Assembly (NCBI GenBank): GCA_002269645.1
Contig: NIVC01004598.1
Coordinates: forward strand, 1 to 40,964
DNA from: Macrostomum lignano
Lineage: Eukaryota
Length of the DNA stretch: 40,964 nucleotides
Direction: 5' to 3'
Within the stretch, counting starts at the first letter, position 1. The number at the start of each line of letters is the position of its first letter. The position numbers and the translations under genes were made by a program. Below the pieces are notes generated by a model. That model was not told the origin of the DNA and ran no database searches. It saw only the letters and a list, made by a program, of their open reading frames with translations. Shown in pieces: positions 24,846-37,500 of this stretch.

Positions 24846-25239
24846 GTCCATAGACCCTAAAGTCCATCCAGTTATGAGACTACCAGAAATCCTATAAAAA
24901 ATGGACTGCTTTTTAGGGCCCTGCCCCGATCCCTAGAGATTCTGGGGCGTGCAATGAATTATAAATCTATAATGAAAATTTCGTCCCCTGTATTCTCTTT
25001 TCTTTTTCTTTGCACAAAAATCATAAAGTTGGTAATAAGATTTGCCCAAATTCTGGACCGTTAACTAATACCATTTCGTACTTTAATAATAGTACGAGCG
25101 TATGAATGAATGTATGCCCTGAATGGCAAATTGCTGGTATGTTATATGATTTGCTGGCTATATGGTGTACATAAGAACTTTAGAATTGTATTTACATGTA
25201 TGGGATGCGCCCTTTAAAAAAGATCATCGAAATGAAATC

Positions 25240-26256
25240 GGCCCTCAAATAAACCATTTCACAATAGAATCAGCCTTCAAATAGACCATTCACAATGGAA
25301 TCGACCTTCAAATGAAGACACCCATATTAGAATCTGCCTTTAAATAGACCCCCACAGTATAATCGGCCTTCAAATAGACCCCCACAGTATAATCGGCCTT
25401 CAAATAGACCCCCCACAGTATAATCGGCCTTAAAATAGACCCCCCACAGTATAATCGGCCTCCAAATAGACCCCCCACAGTATAATCGGCCTTCAAATAG
25501 ACCCCCCACAGTATAATCGGCCTCCAAATAGACCCCCCACAGTATAATCGGCCTTCAAATAGACCCCCCACAGTATAATCGGCCTTCAAATAGACCCCCC
25601 CACAGTATAATCGGCCTCCAAATAGACCCCCACAGTATAATCGGCCTTCAAATAGACCCCCCACAGTATAATCGGCCTTCAAATAGACCCCCCACAGTAT
25701 AATCGGCCTTCAAATAGACCCCCCACAGTATAATCGGCCTTCAAATAGACCCCCCACAGTATAATCGGCCTTCAAATAGACCCCCCACAGTATAATCGGC
25801 CTTCAAATAGACCCCCACAGTATAATCGGCCCTCAAATACGAGCGTAGACCCCCCACAGTATAATTGGCCTTCAAATAGACCCCCACAGTATAATCGGCC
25901 TTCAAATAGACCCCCACAGTATAATCGGCCTTCAAATAGACCCCCCACAGTATAATCGGCCTTCAAATAGACCCCCACAGTATAATCGGCCTTCAAATAG
26001 ACCCCCCACAGTATAATCGGCCTTCAAATAGACCCCCCCACAGTATAATCGGCCTTCAAATAGACCCCCCACAGTATAATCGGCCTTCAAATAGACCCCC
26101 CCACAGTATAATCGGCCTTCAAATAGACCCCCCCCCACAGTATAATCGGCCTTCAAATAGACCCCCCACAGTATAATCGGCCTTCAAATAGACCCCCCCA
26201 CAGTATAATCAGCCTTCAAATAGACCCCCCACAGTATAATCGGCCTTCAAATAGAC
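25240..26256. repeat. 30-33-bp minisatellite GAC(C)nACAGTATAATCGGCCTTCAAATA
   Basis: About 32 copies with variable C-run length. Confidence 0.95.
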
Positions 26257-26872
26257 AAAATTTACAAAATTGTAAAAACAAAGACAGTTAACAATCGGCA
26301 TATTTCGCAATCACTCTGTCCAACTGAGCACGAATAGATTCGTCAGTGTTAGAAAAACAATTAAAACTTATGACTGTTAAGCGTGCAAATATTGGGGGTA
26401 TATTTTTGCGGCGAGTGCTTATATTTTCATTAACTGATTTTTATTGTCAAACATTTAGCGCGTTTTATAACTGAGGGGGAGTGGGGGCAACAGAGACTGT
26501 GATGACATGCGGTGCCTTAATTAGTAAAACAAAAAATCTGCCTTTTAATAATATACACTCGTATATTAAGTCTGGAGTAACACGCGAAAAGTAATAAACT
26601 TATACTTTTTACTAATTAGTTAGGTAAAGTTATGGTGACAGTGCCAATTAAATCTGAAAGCGTTGATAACAGAAAAAGAAATTAATAACAATAATTAATT
26701 TATACTAAATAAGTTTCAAGCACAGGCTACATTTTCTATTAAATTGAAATATAGGTGAGCGCAAAAGAATATAATAACTACAATATTTATGCTGTCTATT
26801 TTAATTTTAGCAATAAAAAACACGAATTGGGAGATATTAAACTTAGGTAAGATACACAATGAGGCAATGGTA

Positions 26873-28180
26873 CGAGGGATACTCTAAAAGTTTTGCAATT
26901 CGACTATTTAAAGTTAATTTTGCCAAACTTTTCTATTACAATCCTTCAAAGTAGGCTCCCCGGAACTGCAAACACTTGTGCGCTCGTCCGAGCCACTTGT
27001 TCATCAAGCCCTGGAAGTCTTCAATTGGGATGCCGTCAATCGCCTCCTTCGCCGCCTGCTCCAGCTCCTCGTCGGACTGAAACCTGCGCCCCCTAAGCGA
27101 CTTTTTGATTTCTGGAAAGAGCCAGAAGTCGCAGGGGGCGAGGTCTGGTGAGTAGGCCGGGTGTGGTAGCGTTGAAATGCCCTCTTGGTCCAGGAACGCT
27201 CGAGTTGCAGCAGCCATGTGGGCGGGGGCGTTGTCATGGTGAAGCTTCCGCCCTCGCATTCCCGTCCTTGGCGCCCTCTGGGTCACGCTGTCGATCACGA
27301 CTGGCAAGCACTCTTCAGTGTACCATCGAGCAGTGACTGTAGCTTGACCCTCCAGCTTCACCATCGCCACCACGCCTTGTGAGTCGAAGAAGATGGCAAA
27401 CATCCGCTTGCCCTGGGACCGGGACCGCCTTGCTTTCAGGGGTCGTTGACCACCTTCCGGCACCCACTCTGCACTGCTGCGCTTTGTCTCGACGTCAAAA
27501 TGATACAGAAACGTCTCATCACCAGTGATGACCTCAGAGCGGCGCTGATGGCTCCCGTGCTCATATCGATCGATGAGAAACTGACAGAACTCCATGCGGG
27601 CCTGTTTTTGAGCATCTGTCAGGATGTGGGGTATCCATCGGGCACAAAGCTTCCTGACTCTCAGGTGATCGTGTAGAATCGTATCGACCGCTGCCGATCC
27701 AATGCCGACATTCATAGCTAGCATGTCCGTGGTGATTCGCGGATCCTGATGAATCAGCTCCTGCACTGCAGCGATGTTTTCCTCCGTCACTGCTGTCGGA
27801 GGTCTCCCGGGCCGGGGGTCGTCAGAAAAGCTGGTCCTGCCGGCCTGGAACTCGCGGTACCAGCGTGTAACCGTAGCATATGACGGCGCTTGAGCCTCCA
27901 ATGTTGCTAGTAGCTCGGCATGAGTCTCAAGCGCCGTGAGCTTTCGCTTGTGGCAGTACCAAATTAGTAGCCGATTCTGCTCACGATTCAATTCCATGGC
28001 TGCAACTGTACAGTTAAGGAGTCTCTGACTTTGACTGGGGGCTGAGCAGGCGTATATGTATGAATTCACTTGAAAATTGAGGTGGGGACTATGTACATGT
28101 TTATTGTATAGAGAGTTGGTTTTGAAGATTGTGCGACTTGCGCAAGTGGTTGAATTGCAAAACTTTTGGAGTATCCCTCG
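26873..28180 (-). mobile_element. Full-length mariner DNA transposon (1308 bp)
   Basis: 29-bp TIRs at 26873-26901 and 28152-28180 (CGAGGGATACTCYAAAAGTTTTGCAATTC, 1 mismatch). TA duplication at 26871-72 and 28181-82. Confidence 0.95.
26936..27997 (-). CDS. Mariner DD34D transposase, 353 aa, uninterrupted
   Basis: N-terminal HTH (W...F..G..S..D.PRPGRP), WIPHIL, ITGDETF, HHDNAPAH and YSPDLAPCDFWLF, with 34 residues between the second and third Asp. Confidence 0.95.
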   Translation of the reverse strand: MELNREQNRLLIWYCHKRKLTALETHAELLATLEAQAPSYATVTRWYREFQAGRTSFSDDPRPGRPPTAVTEENIAAVQELIHQDPRITTDMLAMNVGIGSAAVDTILHDHLRVRKLCARWIPHILTDAQKQARMEFCQFLIDRYEHGSHQRRSEVITGDETFLYHFDVETKRSSAEWVPEGGQRPLKARRSRSQGKRMFAIFFDSQGVVAMVKLEGQATVTARWYTEECLPVVIDSVTQRAPRTGMRGRKLHHDNAPAHMAAATRAFLDQEGISTLPHPAYSPDLAPCDFWLFPEIKKSLRGRRFQSDEELEQAAKEAIDGIPIEDFQGLMNKWLGRAHKCLQFRGAYFEGL

Positions 28181-28284
28181 TATATTACTCGTATAAATAT
28201 ATGCTGATATATAGATAATTTAGAACCGTGCAGCAAAAAACAACAATAAAATATTGGTAACCCACCCCAGATATTTGAGATATT

Positions 28285-28290
28285 TTTATT
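28285..28290 (-). terminator. Probable eIF4G2 polyadenylation signal
   Basis: AATAAA on - strand about 160 nt after the stop codon. Confidence 0.5.
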
Positions 28291-28448
28291 AAAAACAAAA
28301 ATGATTCCAGGAATCGCTGACTCCAGCTCGAGCCACGCACCCAATCTAGCGGATAAACAATCCGGATTTTGTTAAATTAAATTATTATCCGCCAAAACAA
28401 GTCAACTGGCTAAACTGTTTCACAGACGCTTAATAATTTTAATTTCAT

Positions 28449-28520
28449 TCACTTTCTCACGTCGGCCTCTTCATCAGATTCTTCTTCGGCTTGGTCCAAC
28501 CAGTTGAGGAATTTGTTTAG
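28449..28520 (-). CDS. EIF4G2: eIF4G2 last coding exon
   Basis: LNKFLNWLDQAEEESDEEADVRK*. Confidence 0.9.
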   Translation of the reverse strand, partial: LNKFLNWLDQAEEESDEEADVRK

Positions 28521-31500
28521 CTGGAATTTGGAGTTTATGGGAGATTCCATGGGTAGTTTATGGGAGATTCCATGGGTAGTTTATGGGAGATTCTATGGGT
28601 AGTTTATGGGAGATTCCATGGGTAGTTTATGAGAGATTCCATGGGTAGTTTATGGGAGATTCCATGGGTAGTTTATGGGAGATTCTATGGGTAGTTTATG
28701 GGAGATTCCATGGGTAGTTTATGAGAGATTCCATGGGTAGTTTATGGGAGATTCCATGGGTAGTTTATGGGAGATTCTATGGGTAGTTTATGGGAGATTC
28801 CATGGGTAGTTTATGGGAGATTCTATGGGTAGTTTATGGGAGATTCTATGGGTAGTTTATGGGAGATTCTATGGGTAGTTTATGGGAGATTCTATGGGTA
28901 GTTCATGGGAGATTCTATGGGTAGTTTATGGGAGATTCTATGGGTAGTTTATGGGAGATTCTATGGGTAGCTTATGGGAGATTAGATGGGTAGTTTATGG
29001 GATATTCTATGGGTAGTTTATGGGAGATTCTATGGGTAGTTTATGGGAGATTCTATGGGTAGCTTATGGGAGATTCTATGGGTAGTTTATGGGATATTCT
29101 ATGGGTAGTTTATGGGAGATTCTATGGGTAGTTTATGGGAGATTAGATGGGTAGTTTATGGGAGATTAGATGGGTAGTTTATTGGAGATTAGATGGGTAG
29201 TTTATGGGAGATTAGATGGGTAGTTTATGGGAGATTAGACTCTCTCCCTTAGAAGAAAACAAAGCACCAACCTGAAACAGCGCCTTGCCCTTGTCCGGAT
29301 AAGCGTGGTTGACCTCCTCTTTCCAGCGCACAATCGTTTCCTCGTCGCAGATGTCCAGATCGTACACAGCCATGAATGCGCGCAGCAGAGCATTGGGCGG
29401 GTTGCCAGCCCGGCTCCAGTGCACCAGTAGGCCATTGAGCAGCTCCAGGCCGTCCAGTTCGGCTAGAAGCTGCGCGTAGGGACCGAGACGGGCCTGGGCA
29501 ATGGTGGCAATTTGATTTGATTATAGTGAGTGCAGTTGAATAGATAAACAGAAGATATGAAATCTCACGGTAGACTAGAGAATATCCGAAATTTCACCTT
29601 TAGATTAGATAGAAGATTTAAAGTCTCATCTTAAGATTAGAGAAGACGATTTGAAATCTCACCCTTAGATTAGAGAAAGACAATTTGAAGTCTAACCCTT
29701 AGATTAGAGAAAGACAATTTGAAGCCTAACCCTTAGATTAGAGAAAGACAATTTGAAGTCTAACCCTTAGATTAGAGAAAGACAATTTGAAGTCTAACCC
29801 TTAGATTAGAGAAAGACAATTTGAAGCCTTACCCTTAGATTAGAGAAAGACAATTTGAAGTCTAACCCTTAGATTAGAGACAGACAATTTGAAATTTCAC
29901 CCTTAGATTAGAGAAAAACGATTTGAAATCTCACCCGTAGATTAGAGAGACGATTTGAAATCTCACCCTTAGTTTGAGGAAGAAGATCCAAAATCTCACC
30001 ATTAGATAAGAAAAATACGATTTGAAGTCTCCCCCTTAGATTAGAGAAAGAAGATCGGATAACTCACCCTTAGATTAGGGAAAGACGATTTGAAATCTCA
30101 CTCTTAGATTAGAGAGACGATTTGAAATCTCACCCTTAGTTTGAGGAAGAAGATCCAAAATCTCACCATTAGATAAGAAAAATACGATTTGAAGTCTCCC
30201 CCTTAGATTAGAGAAAGAAGATCGGATAACTCACCCTTAGATTAGGGAAAGACGATTTGAAATCTCACTCTTAGATTAGAGAGACGATTTGAAATCTCAC
30301 CCTTAGTTTGAGGAAGAAGATCCAAAATCTCACCATTAGATAAGAAAAATACGATTTGAAGTCTCCCCCTTAGATTAGAGAAAGAAGATCGGATAACTCA
30401 CCCTTAGATTAGGGAAAGACGATTTGAAATCTCACTCTTAGATTAGAGAGACGATTTGAAATCTCACCCTTAGTTTGAGGAAGAAGATCCAAAATCTCAC
30501 CATTAGATAAGAAAAATACGATTTGAAGTCTCCCCCTTAGATTAGAGAAAGAAGATCGGATAACTCACCCTTAGATTAGGGAAAGACGATTTGAAATCTC
30601 ACTCTTAGATTAGAGAATAGATATTGAAATACCACCCTTAGGCCTTAGATTAATGAAAGATTCGCAATCTTAACCCCTACAAGAGAATAAAGCTTCGAAG
30701 TTTCACGAAAAATAATTATCTCCTCTTCGACTAGAGAAATATTTTCAACTTCTCTTATTAAATAAAATATCACACATTCTTGCTGACCTTCTCTAACTGC
30801 AGTTTCTCCTTGTCGGTGTGCTCGGCACTGCTAGGATCGGTCTCCACAGCAACATAGACGTGATGCACCAGGGCGTGAACGAACTCCGGCTTGCGCAACA
30901 GTTCAGAATCGGCCTCGGCTACGAAAGCGGCAACAGCATCTGGCGAAGTGCCAACTCGACCGCGGCGAAGATCTTCGAGTAGTTTGAGTTTGGGCACTAA
31001 ACTGGTCAAGCCGCGCTCTTCAACGGCGGCTAAGAGATCGGCGCCTTCGGGCAGAAGATCGGACAGCTGCAAGCCAGATTCGGACAGTCTGGCTCGGGTC
31101 CAATCTGGTGACCGATTGGCTACCAGCTGCTGGAGTAGCAGCAGGCCGAGCGGATGGTGCCGACCACCGCGAAGTACAGCGAAACAGTCGGATAGGGAAA
31201 CCTGCGTGTCGGGTTTTGGTTGGTTGGTTTATTAGTTTTTGGGGTATAATTATGAGAATATGGGACATAATTATATGAGAATATGGGATATAACTATGAG
31301 AATATGGGATATAACTATGAGAATATGGGATATAACTATGAGAATTGGGATAGAATTATAGGAATATGGGATATAACTATGAGAATATGGGATATAACTA
31401 TGAGAATATGGGATATAACTATGAGAATATGGGATATAACTATGAGAATATGGGATATAACTATGAGAATTGGGATAGAATTATAGGAATATGGGATATA

Positions 31501-34500
31501 ACTATGAGAATATGGGATATAACTATGAGAATATGGGATATAACTATGAGAATTGGGATAGAATTATAGGAATATGGGATATAACTATGAGAATATGGGA
31601 TATAACTATGAGAATATGGGATATAACTATGAGAATATGGGATATAACTATGAATATGGGATATAACTATGAGAATTGGGATAGAATTATAGGAATATGG
31701 GATATAACTATGAGAATATGGGATATAACTATGAGAATATGGGATATAACTATGAGAATTGGGATAGAATTATAGGAATATGGGATATAACTATGAGAAT
31801 ATGGGATATAACTATGAGAATATGGGATATAACTATGAGAACATGGGATATAACTATGAGAGTATGGGATATAACTATGAGAATAGGGGATATATAACTA
31901 TGAAAATATGGGATATAATTAAATGATAATATGGGATATAACCATGAGAATATGGGATATAACCATGAGAATATGGGATATAACTATGAGAACATGGGAT
32001 ATAACTATGAGAGTATGGGATATAACTATGAGAATAGGGGATATATAACTATGAAAATATGGGATATAATTAAATGATAATATGGGATATAACCATGAGA
32101 ATATGGGATATAACCATGAGAATATAGGATATAATTATATGAGAATATGGGATTTAACTATGAAAATATGGGATATAATTATATGATAATATGGGATATA
32201 ATTATGAGAATATGGGATGTATTTATGAGTAAATGGGATATAACTATGAGAATATGGGATATAACTATAAGAATATGGGATATAACTATGAGAATATGGG
32301 ATATAACTATATAACTATGAGAATATGTGATATAACTATGAGAATATGGGATATAATTGAGAATATGGGATATAACTATGAGAATATGGGATATAACTAT
32401 GAGAAAATGGGATATAACTATGAGAATATGGGATATAATTGAGAATATGGGATATAACTATGAGAATATGGGATATAACTATGAGAATATGGGATATAAC
32501 TATGAGAATATGGGATATAATTGAGAATATGGGATATAACTATGAGAATATGGGATATAACTATGAGAAAATGGGATACACGATACTCGCTAAAATCAAC
32601 AAATCAATAACAAACCTGATCAAGCAGAACCAGTTGGGCAACCAGTTTAGCGCTGCGCGAGCGAACCAACGTTACACCAGTGGACTCCAGCGAGGCCATG
32701 GACTGGTCGCAGTATTGCCTGAGGCCGCCCAGCACGGAGCCTGGTGGGCAGATTGGCTTCGTCTGCTGCTTTTCAGTTGAAGACGAACTGCTGCTGCCAA
32801 GCGATTCCAGCAGGCGCACAACGCCGACTGGCTCAGCCTCGATGCCCGACACCAGCAGGCGGTGCACGAGAAGCTCGGGACGATCGAATGGCCAGGCGAG
32901 TTTAACCAGCTGCTCGCGCACCCAGGCATGATCGCCTGACCAAAGCCTGCCGCCTAGCGATTCGATGTCTCTGGCTGCGGTCACCTGCGATGGTGTGGGA
33001 TTGCGTGCTGGGTCTGAGCAACTGGGGATCTGGGAGGCTGGCCCAGCAACTGAGGATCTGGGAGGCTGGCCCAGCAACTGGGGATCTGGGAGGCTGGCCC
33101 AGCAACTGAGGATCTGGGAGGCTGGCCCAGCAACTGAGGATCTGGGAGGCTGGCCCAGCAACTGAGGATCTGGGAGGCTGGCCCAGCAACTGGGGATCTG
33201 GGAGGCTGGCCCAGCAACTGAGGATCTGGGAGGCTGGCCCAGCAACTGAGGATCTGGGAGGCTGGCCCAGCAACTGAGGATCTGGGAGGCTGGCCCAGCA
33301 ACTGAGGATCTGGGAGGCTGGCCCAGCAATTGAGGATCTGGGAGGCTGGCCCAGCAACTGGGGATCTGGGAGGCTGGCCCAGCAACTGAGGATCTGGGAG
33401 GCTGGCCCAGCAACTGAGGATCTGGGAGGCTGGCCCAGCAACTGAGGATCTGGGAGGCTGGCCCAGCAATTGAGGATCTGGGAGGCTGGCCCAGCAACTG
33501 GGGATCTGGGAGGCTGGCCCAGCAACTGGGGATCTGGGAGGCTGGCCCAGCAACTGAGGATCTGGGAGGCTGGCCCAGCAACTGAGGATCTGGGAGGCTG
33601 GCCCAGCAACTGGGGATCTGGGAGGCTGGCCCAGCAACTGGGGATCTGGGAGGCTGGCCCAGCAACTGAGGATCTGGGAGGCTGGCCCAGCAACTGAGGA
33701 TCTGGGAGGCTGGCCCAGCAACTGAGGATCTGGGAGGCTGGCCCAGCAACTGGGGATCTGGGAGGCTGGCCCAGCAACTGAGGATCTGGGAGGCTGGCCC
33801 AGCAACTGAGGATCTGGGAGGCTGGCCCAGCAACTGGGGATCTGGGAGGCTGGCCCAGCAACTGAGGATCTGGGAGGCTGGCCCAGCAACTGGGGATCTG
33901 GGAGGCTGGCCCAGCAACTGAGGATCTGGGAGGCTGGCCCAGCAACTGAGGATCTGGGAGGCTGGCCCAGCAACTGAGGATCTGGGAGGCTGGCCCAGCA
34001 ACTGAGGATCTGGGAGGCTGGCCCAGCAATTGAGGATCTGGGAGGCTGGCCCAGCAACTGGGGATCTGGGAGGCTGGCCCAGCAACTGAGGATCTGGAGG
34101 CTGGCCCAGCAACTGAGGATCTGGGAGGCTGGCCCAGCAACTGGGGATCTGGGAGGCTGGCCCAGCAATTGAGGATCTGGGAGGCTGGCCCAGCAACTGG
34201 GGATCTGGGAGGCTGGCCCAGCAACTGAGGATCTGGGAGGCTGGCCCAGCAACTGAGGATCTGGGAGGCTGGCCCAGCAACTGAGGATCTGGGAGGCTGG
34301 CCCAGCAACTGAGGATCTGGGAGGCTGGCCCAGCAACTGGGGATCTGGGAGGCTGGCCCAGCAACTGAGGATCTGGGAGGCTGGCCCAGCAACTGAGGAT
34401 CTGGGAGGCTGGCCCAGCAACTGAGGATCTGGGAGGCTGGCCCAGCAATTGAGGATCTGGGAGGCTGGCCCAGCAACTGGGGATCTGGGAGGCTGGCCCA

Positions 34501-37500
34501 GCAACTGAGGATCTGGGAGGCTGGCCCAGCAACTGAGGATCTGGGAGGCTGGCCCAGCAACTGAGGATCTGGGAGGCTGGCCCAGCAATTGAGGATCTGG
34601 GAGGCTGGCCCAGCAACTGGGGATCTGGGAGGCTGGCCCAGCAACTGAGGATCTGGGAGGCTGGCCCAGCAACTGAGGATCTGGGAGGCTGGCCCAGCAA
34701 CTGAGGATCTGGGAGGCTGGCCCAGCAACTGAGGATCTGGGAGGCTGGCCTAGCAACTGGGATCTGGGAGGCTGGCCCAGCAACTGAGGATCTGGGAGGC
34801 TGGCCCAGCAACTGAGGATCTGGGAGGCTGGCCCAGCAACTGAGGATCTGGGAGGCTGGCCCAGCAACTGAGGATCTGGGAGGCTGGCCCAGCAACTGGG
34901 GATCTGGGAGGCTGGCCCAGCAACTGGGGATCTGGGAGGCTGGCCCAGCAACTGAGGATCTGGGAGGCTGGCCCAGCAACTGAGGATCTGGGAGGCTGAC
35001 ACAGCAACTGGGGATCTGTGAGGCTGGTAGCCTTCGGTTTGAGGTGCGGTCGAGGATTTGAAGTATCAATTATTAGAAAAAAAGAACTTACCAACGGGGA
35101 CTCCGGCTCTTCCTTCTTAACGGAACCCGGCTGCTGCCCCTTGCCCTGCTGCTGGCCTCTGGCAGCCATCTGCCGGAAATAAGCCGGCTCAAACGTGAAC
35201 GTGGTCTGCTTGGGCTTAGACAGCATCGGCATATCGCCGCGCCTCTGCTGTTGCTGCTTGTGAAATTGCTGCTGCTGTTGCTGCTGTTGAAGGTGCATCT
35301 GCACAGCTAGAGGCGGCGGCGGCGGTCCAACAGGCTGCCAACGATGATGACTTTGCGAGGCTGAAGCTACTGCAGTGCCACTCTGCTGCTGCTGCTGCTG
35401 AGGCCTAGAAGAGACCTGCTGCAATCTGCCTAGTGCTTGCAACTTCGGGCAAAAGTAGAAGCAGTTGCAGCGGCACTCGGATTCGAACCCCTGACGATTG
35501 TTGTTGCTGCTGCTGGTGTTGAACCGTTGCCGTTTTTATTAGCGCCCACGCTGCTACTATAAGTAGCATTGGAAGCCGCGGAGGAAGCGGCCGCAGCAGC
35601 AGCAGCAATCAAAGCAGGTTGATGCGGTCTTCGCCAAGCTGCTGGCTCATCCTTCATCAGAGGAGGCGGTGGCTGCTGCTGCTGCTGCTGCTGCATCGAT
35701 TGGCGCTCTTTAGAAGCAGAAGAAGAAGAGACTGCCAACAGCAGCGGAGCACCGCCGCCATTGGCACTGCCGCCGTTACGTCCTCCGCCATTCGCAGCCG
35801 CTGCTGTCGGACCGTCACGCCACTCCTCCATCATGCGTGGCCTGTCAGCGTCAACCTGCTGGCCGAGACGCCGCGGCACCCAAGCGTTGCGGCGCAGCTC
35901 CAGCAGGTCGTCGAGCATAAATCGAACCCGAAGCGGTAGGCCGCCGCTAGCCGCCGTTGCCGACATAATTTTGGCCACCCTAGCAAAGTATTGGTCGAAC
36001 AAGTTGACAGCCGGTCCCGTGTCAAATCTGCGGCCAGTGATGAGCAGCAGGGTGCACAGGCACTCCATGTCCATTGGCAGATTTGGTCCGCTCTTGCTAG
36101 CCAGTAATTTTTTAATGCACCGATGCAGCACAGGCTCCGGCACCAGGCCTCGGAGGCTGAGCTCGCCGATGAAGCGGAACAGACCGACGAGAGCGCTGAG
36201 TCGCCTACTAGCCATCTCTTCAATGTGCTGCCGACGCTGCTCTTCGGTTTCTTCGTTGTTGTTACTGTTGCCATGGCTACCATTACTACTAGCCGCCGAG
36301 CTGATATCCGGCAGGCCAGCTAATACGCTGTGGCGAGCTTCGAATTGAGTCTCGCAATAGGCCAATAATAGCAGTCCGAAACTGCTGGCAGCGATCTGTT
36401 GCTGCTGCTGCTGCCGCTGCTGCTGCCTGACCCCCAGAGGGGGCGACTCAAAATCTGGCGCGTCCGAACAGAGCCGCAAACAGAGATCAGCGTATAAGCC
36501 GCTGAATTTCACTTCATTGCAAGCCTTCTCTAGTACAAGATGGGCGATATCTTTCAGTATCTGCTTGGACTCTATGCCAACATTGAGGATGTCGATTGAT
36601 AGTTTGTCAAATTTCTCCGGCGTGAGCTTATTGAGTATGCTGTGGGATTTCATTGTGGATAATTAATAGTTATTGGGATGATCTGGGAAGCCAAGCCTTG
36701 AGGAATTGGGAAGCCAAGCTTTGGGGATCTGGGAAGCCAAGCGTTGAGGATTTGGAAAGCCAAGCTTTGAGGATCTGGGAAGCCAAGCTGTGATGATCTG
36801 GGAAACCTTGAGATTTGGGAAGCCAAGCTTTGAGGATTTGGGAAGCCAAGATTTAAGGATTTGGGAAGCAAAGTTTAGGGGATTTGGGAAGCAAAGTTTA
36901 GGGGATTTGGGAAGCCAAGCTGTGATGATCTGGGAAGCCAAGCTTTGGGGATTTGGGAAGCCAAGATTTAAGGATTTGGGAAGCAAAGTTTAGGGGATTT
37001 GGGAAGCCAAGCTGTGATGATCTGGGAAGCCTTGAGATTTGGGAAGCCAAGCTTTGAGGATTTGGGAAGCCAAGCTTTGAGGATTTGGGAAGCCAAGATT
37101 TAAGGATTTGGGAAGCAAAGTTTAGGGGATTTGGGAAGCCAAGCTGTGATGATCTGGGAAGCCAAGTTTTGGGGATTTGGGAAGCCAAGTTTTGAGGATT
37201 TGGAAAGCCAAGATTTGAGGATTTGGGAGGCCAAGCTTTGAGGATTTGGGAAGCCAAGATTTGAGAATTTACGAAGCCCCAAGCTTTGAGGATCTGGGAA
37301 GCAAAGCTTTGGGGATTTGGGAAGCCAAGCTTTGAGGATTTGGGAAGCCAAGATTTGAGGATTTGGGAAGCCCCAAGCTTTGAAGATCTGGGAAGCAAAG
37401 CTTTGGGGATTTGGGAAGCCAAGATTTGAGGATTTGGGAAGCCAAGATTTGAGGATTTGGGAAGCAAAGCTTTGGGGATTTGGGAAGCCAAGCTTTGAGG

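Noticed and set aside
27998-28069. ORF-track extension upstream of the transposase ATG
   Set aside because: It begins at a non-ATG codon. MELNREQ at 27997 matches the usual mariner transposase length.
600-28100. Recurrent TACATGTA / TGTACATGTA words
   Set aside because: This is a common over-represented word in invertebrate genomes, and it shows no positional pattern here.
32902-35069. 600-820-aa ORFs over the 28-bp array
   Set aside because: Intronic repeat. Only 32616-32984 is a real eIF4G2 exon.
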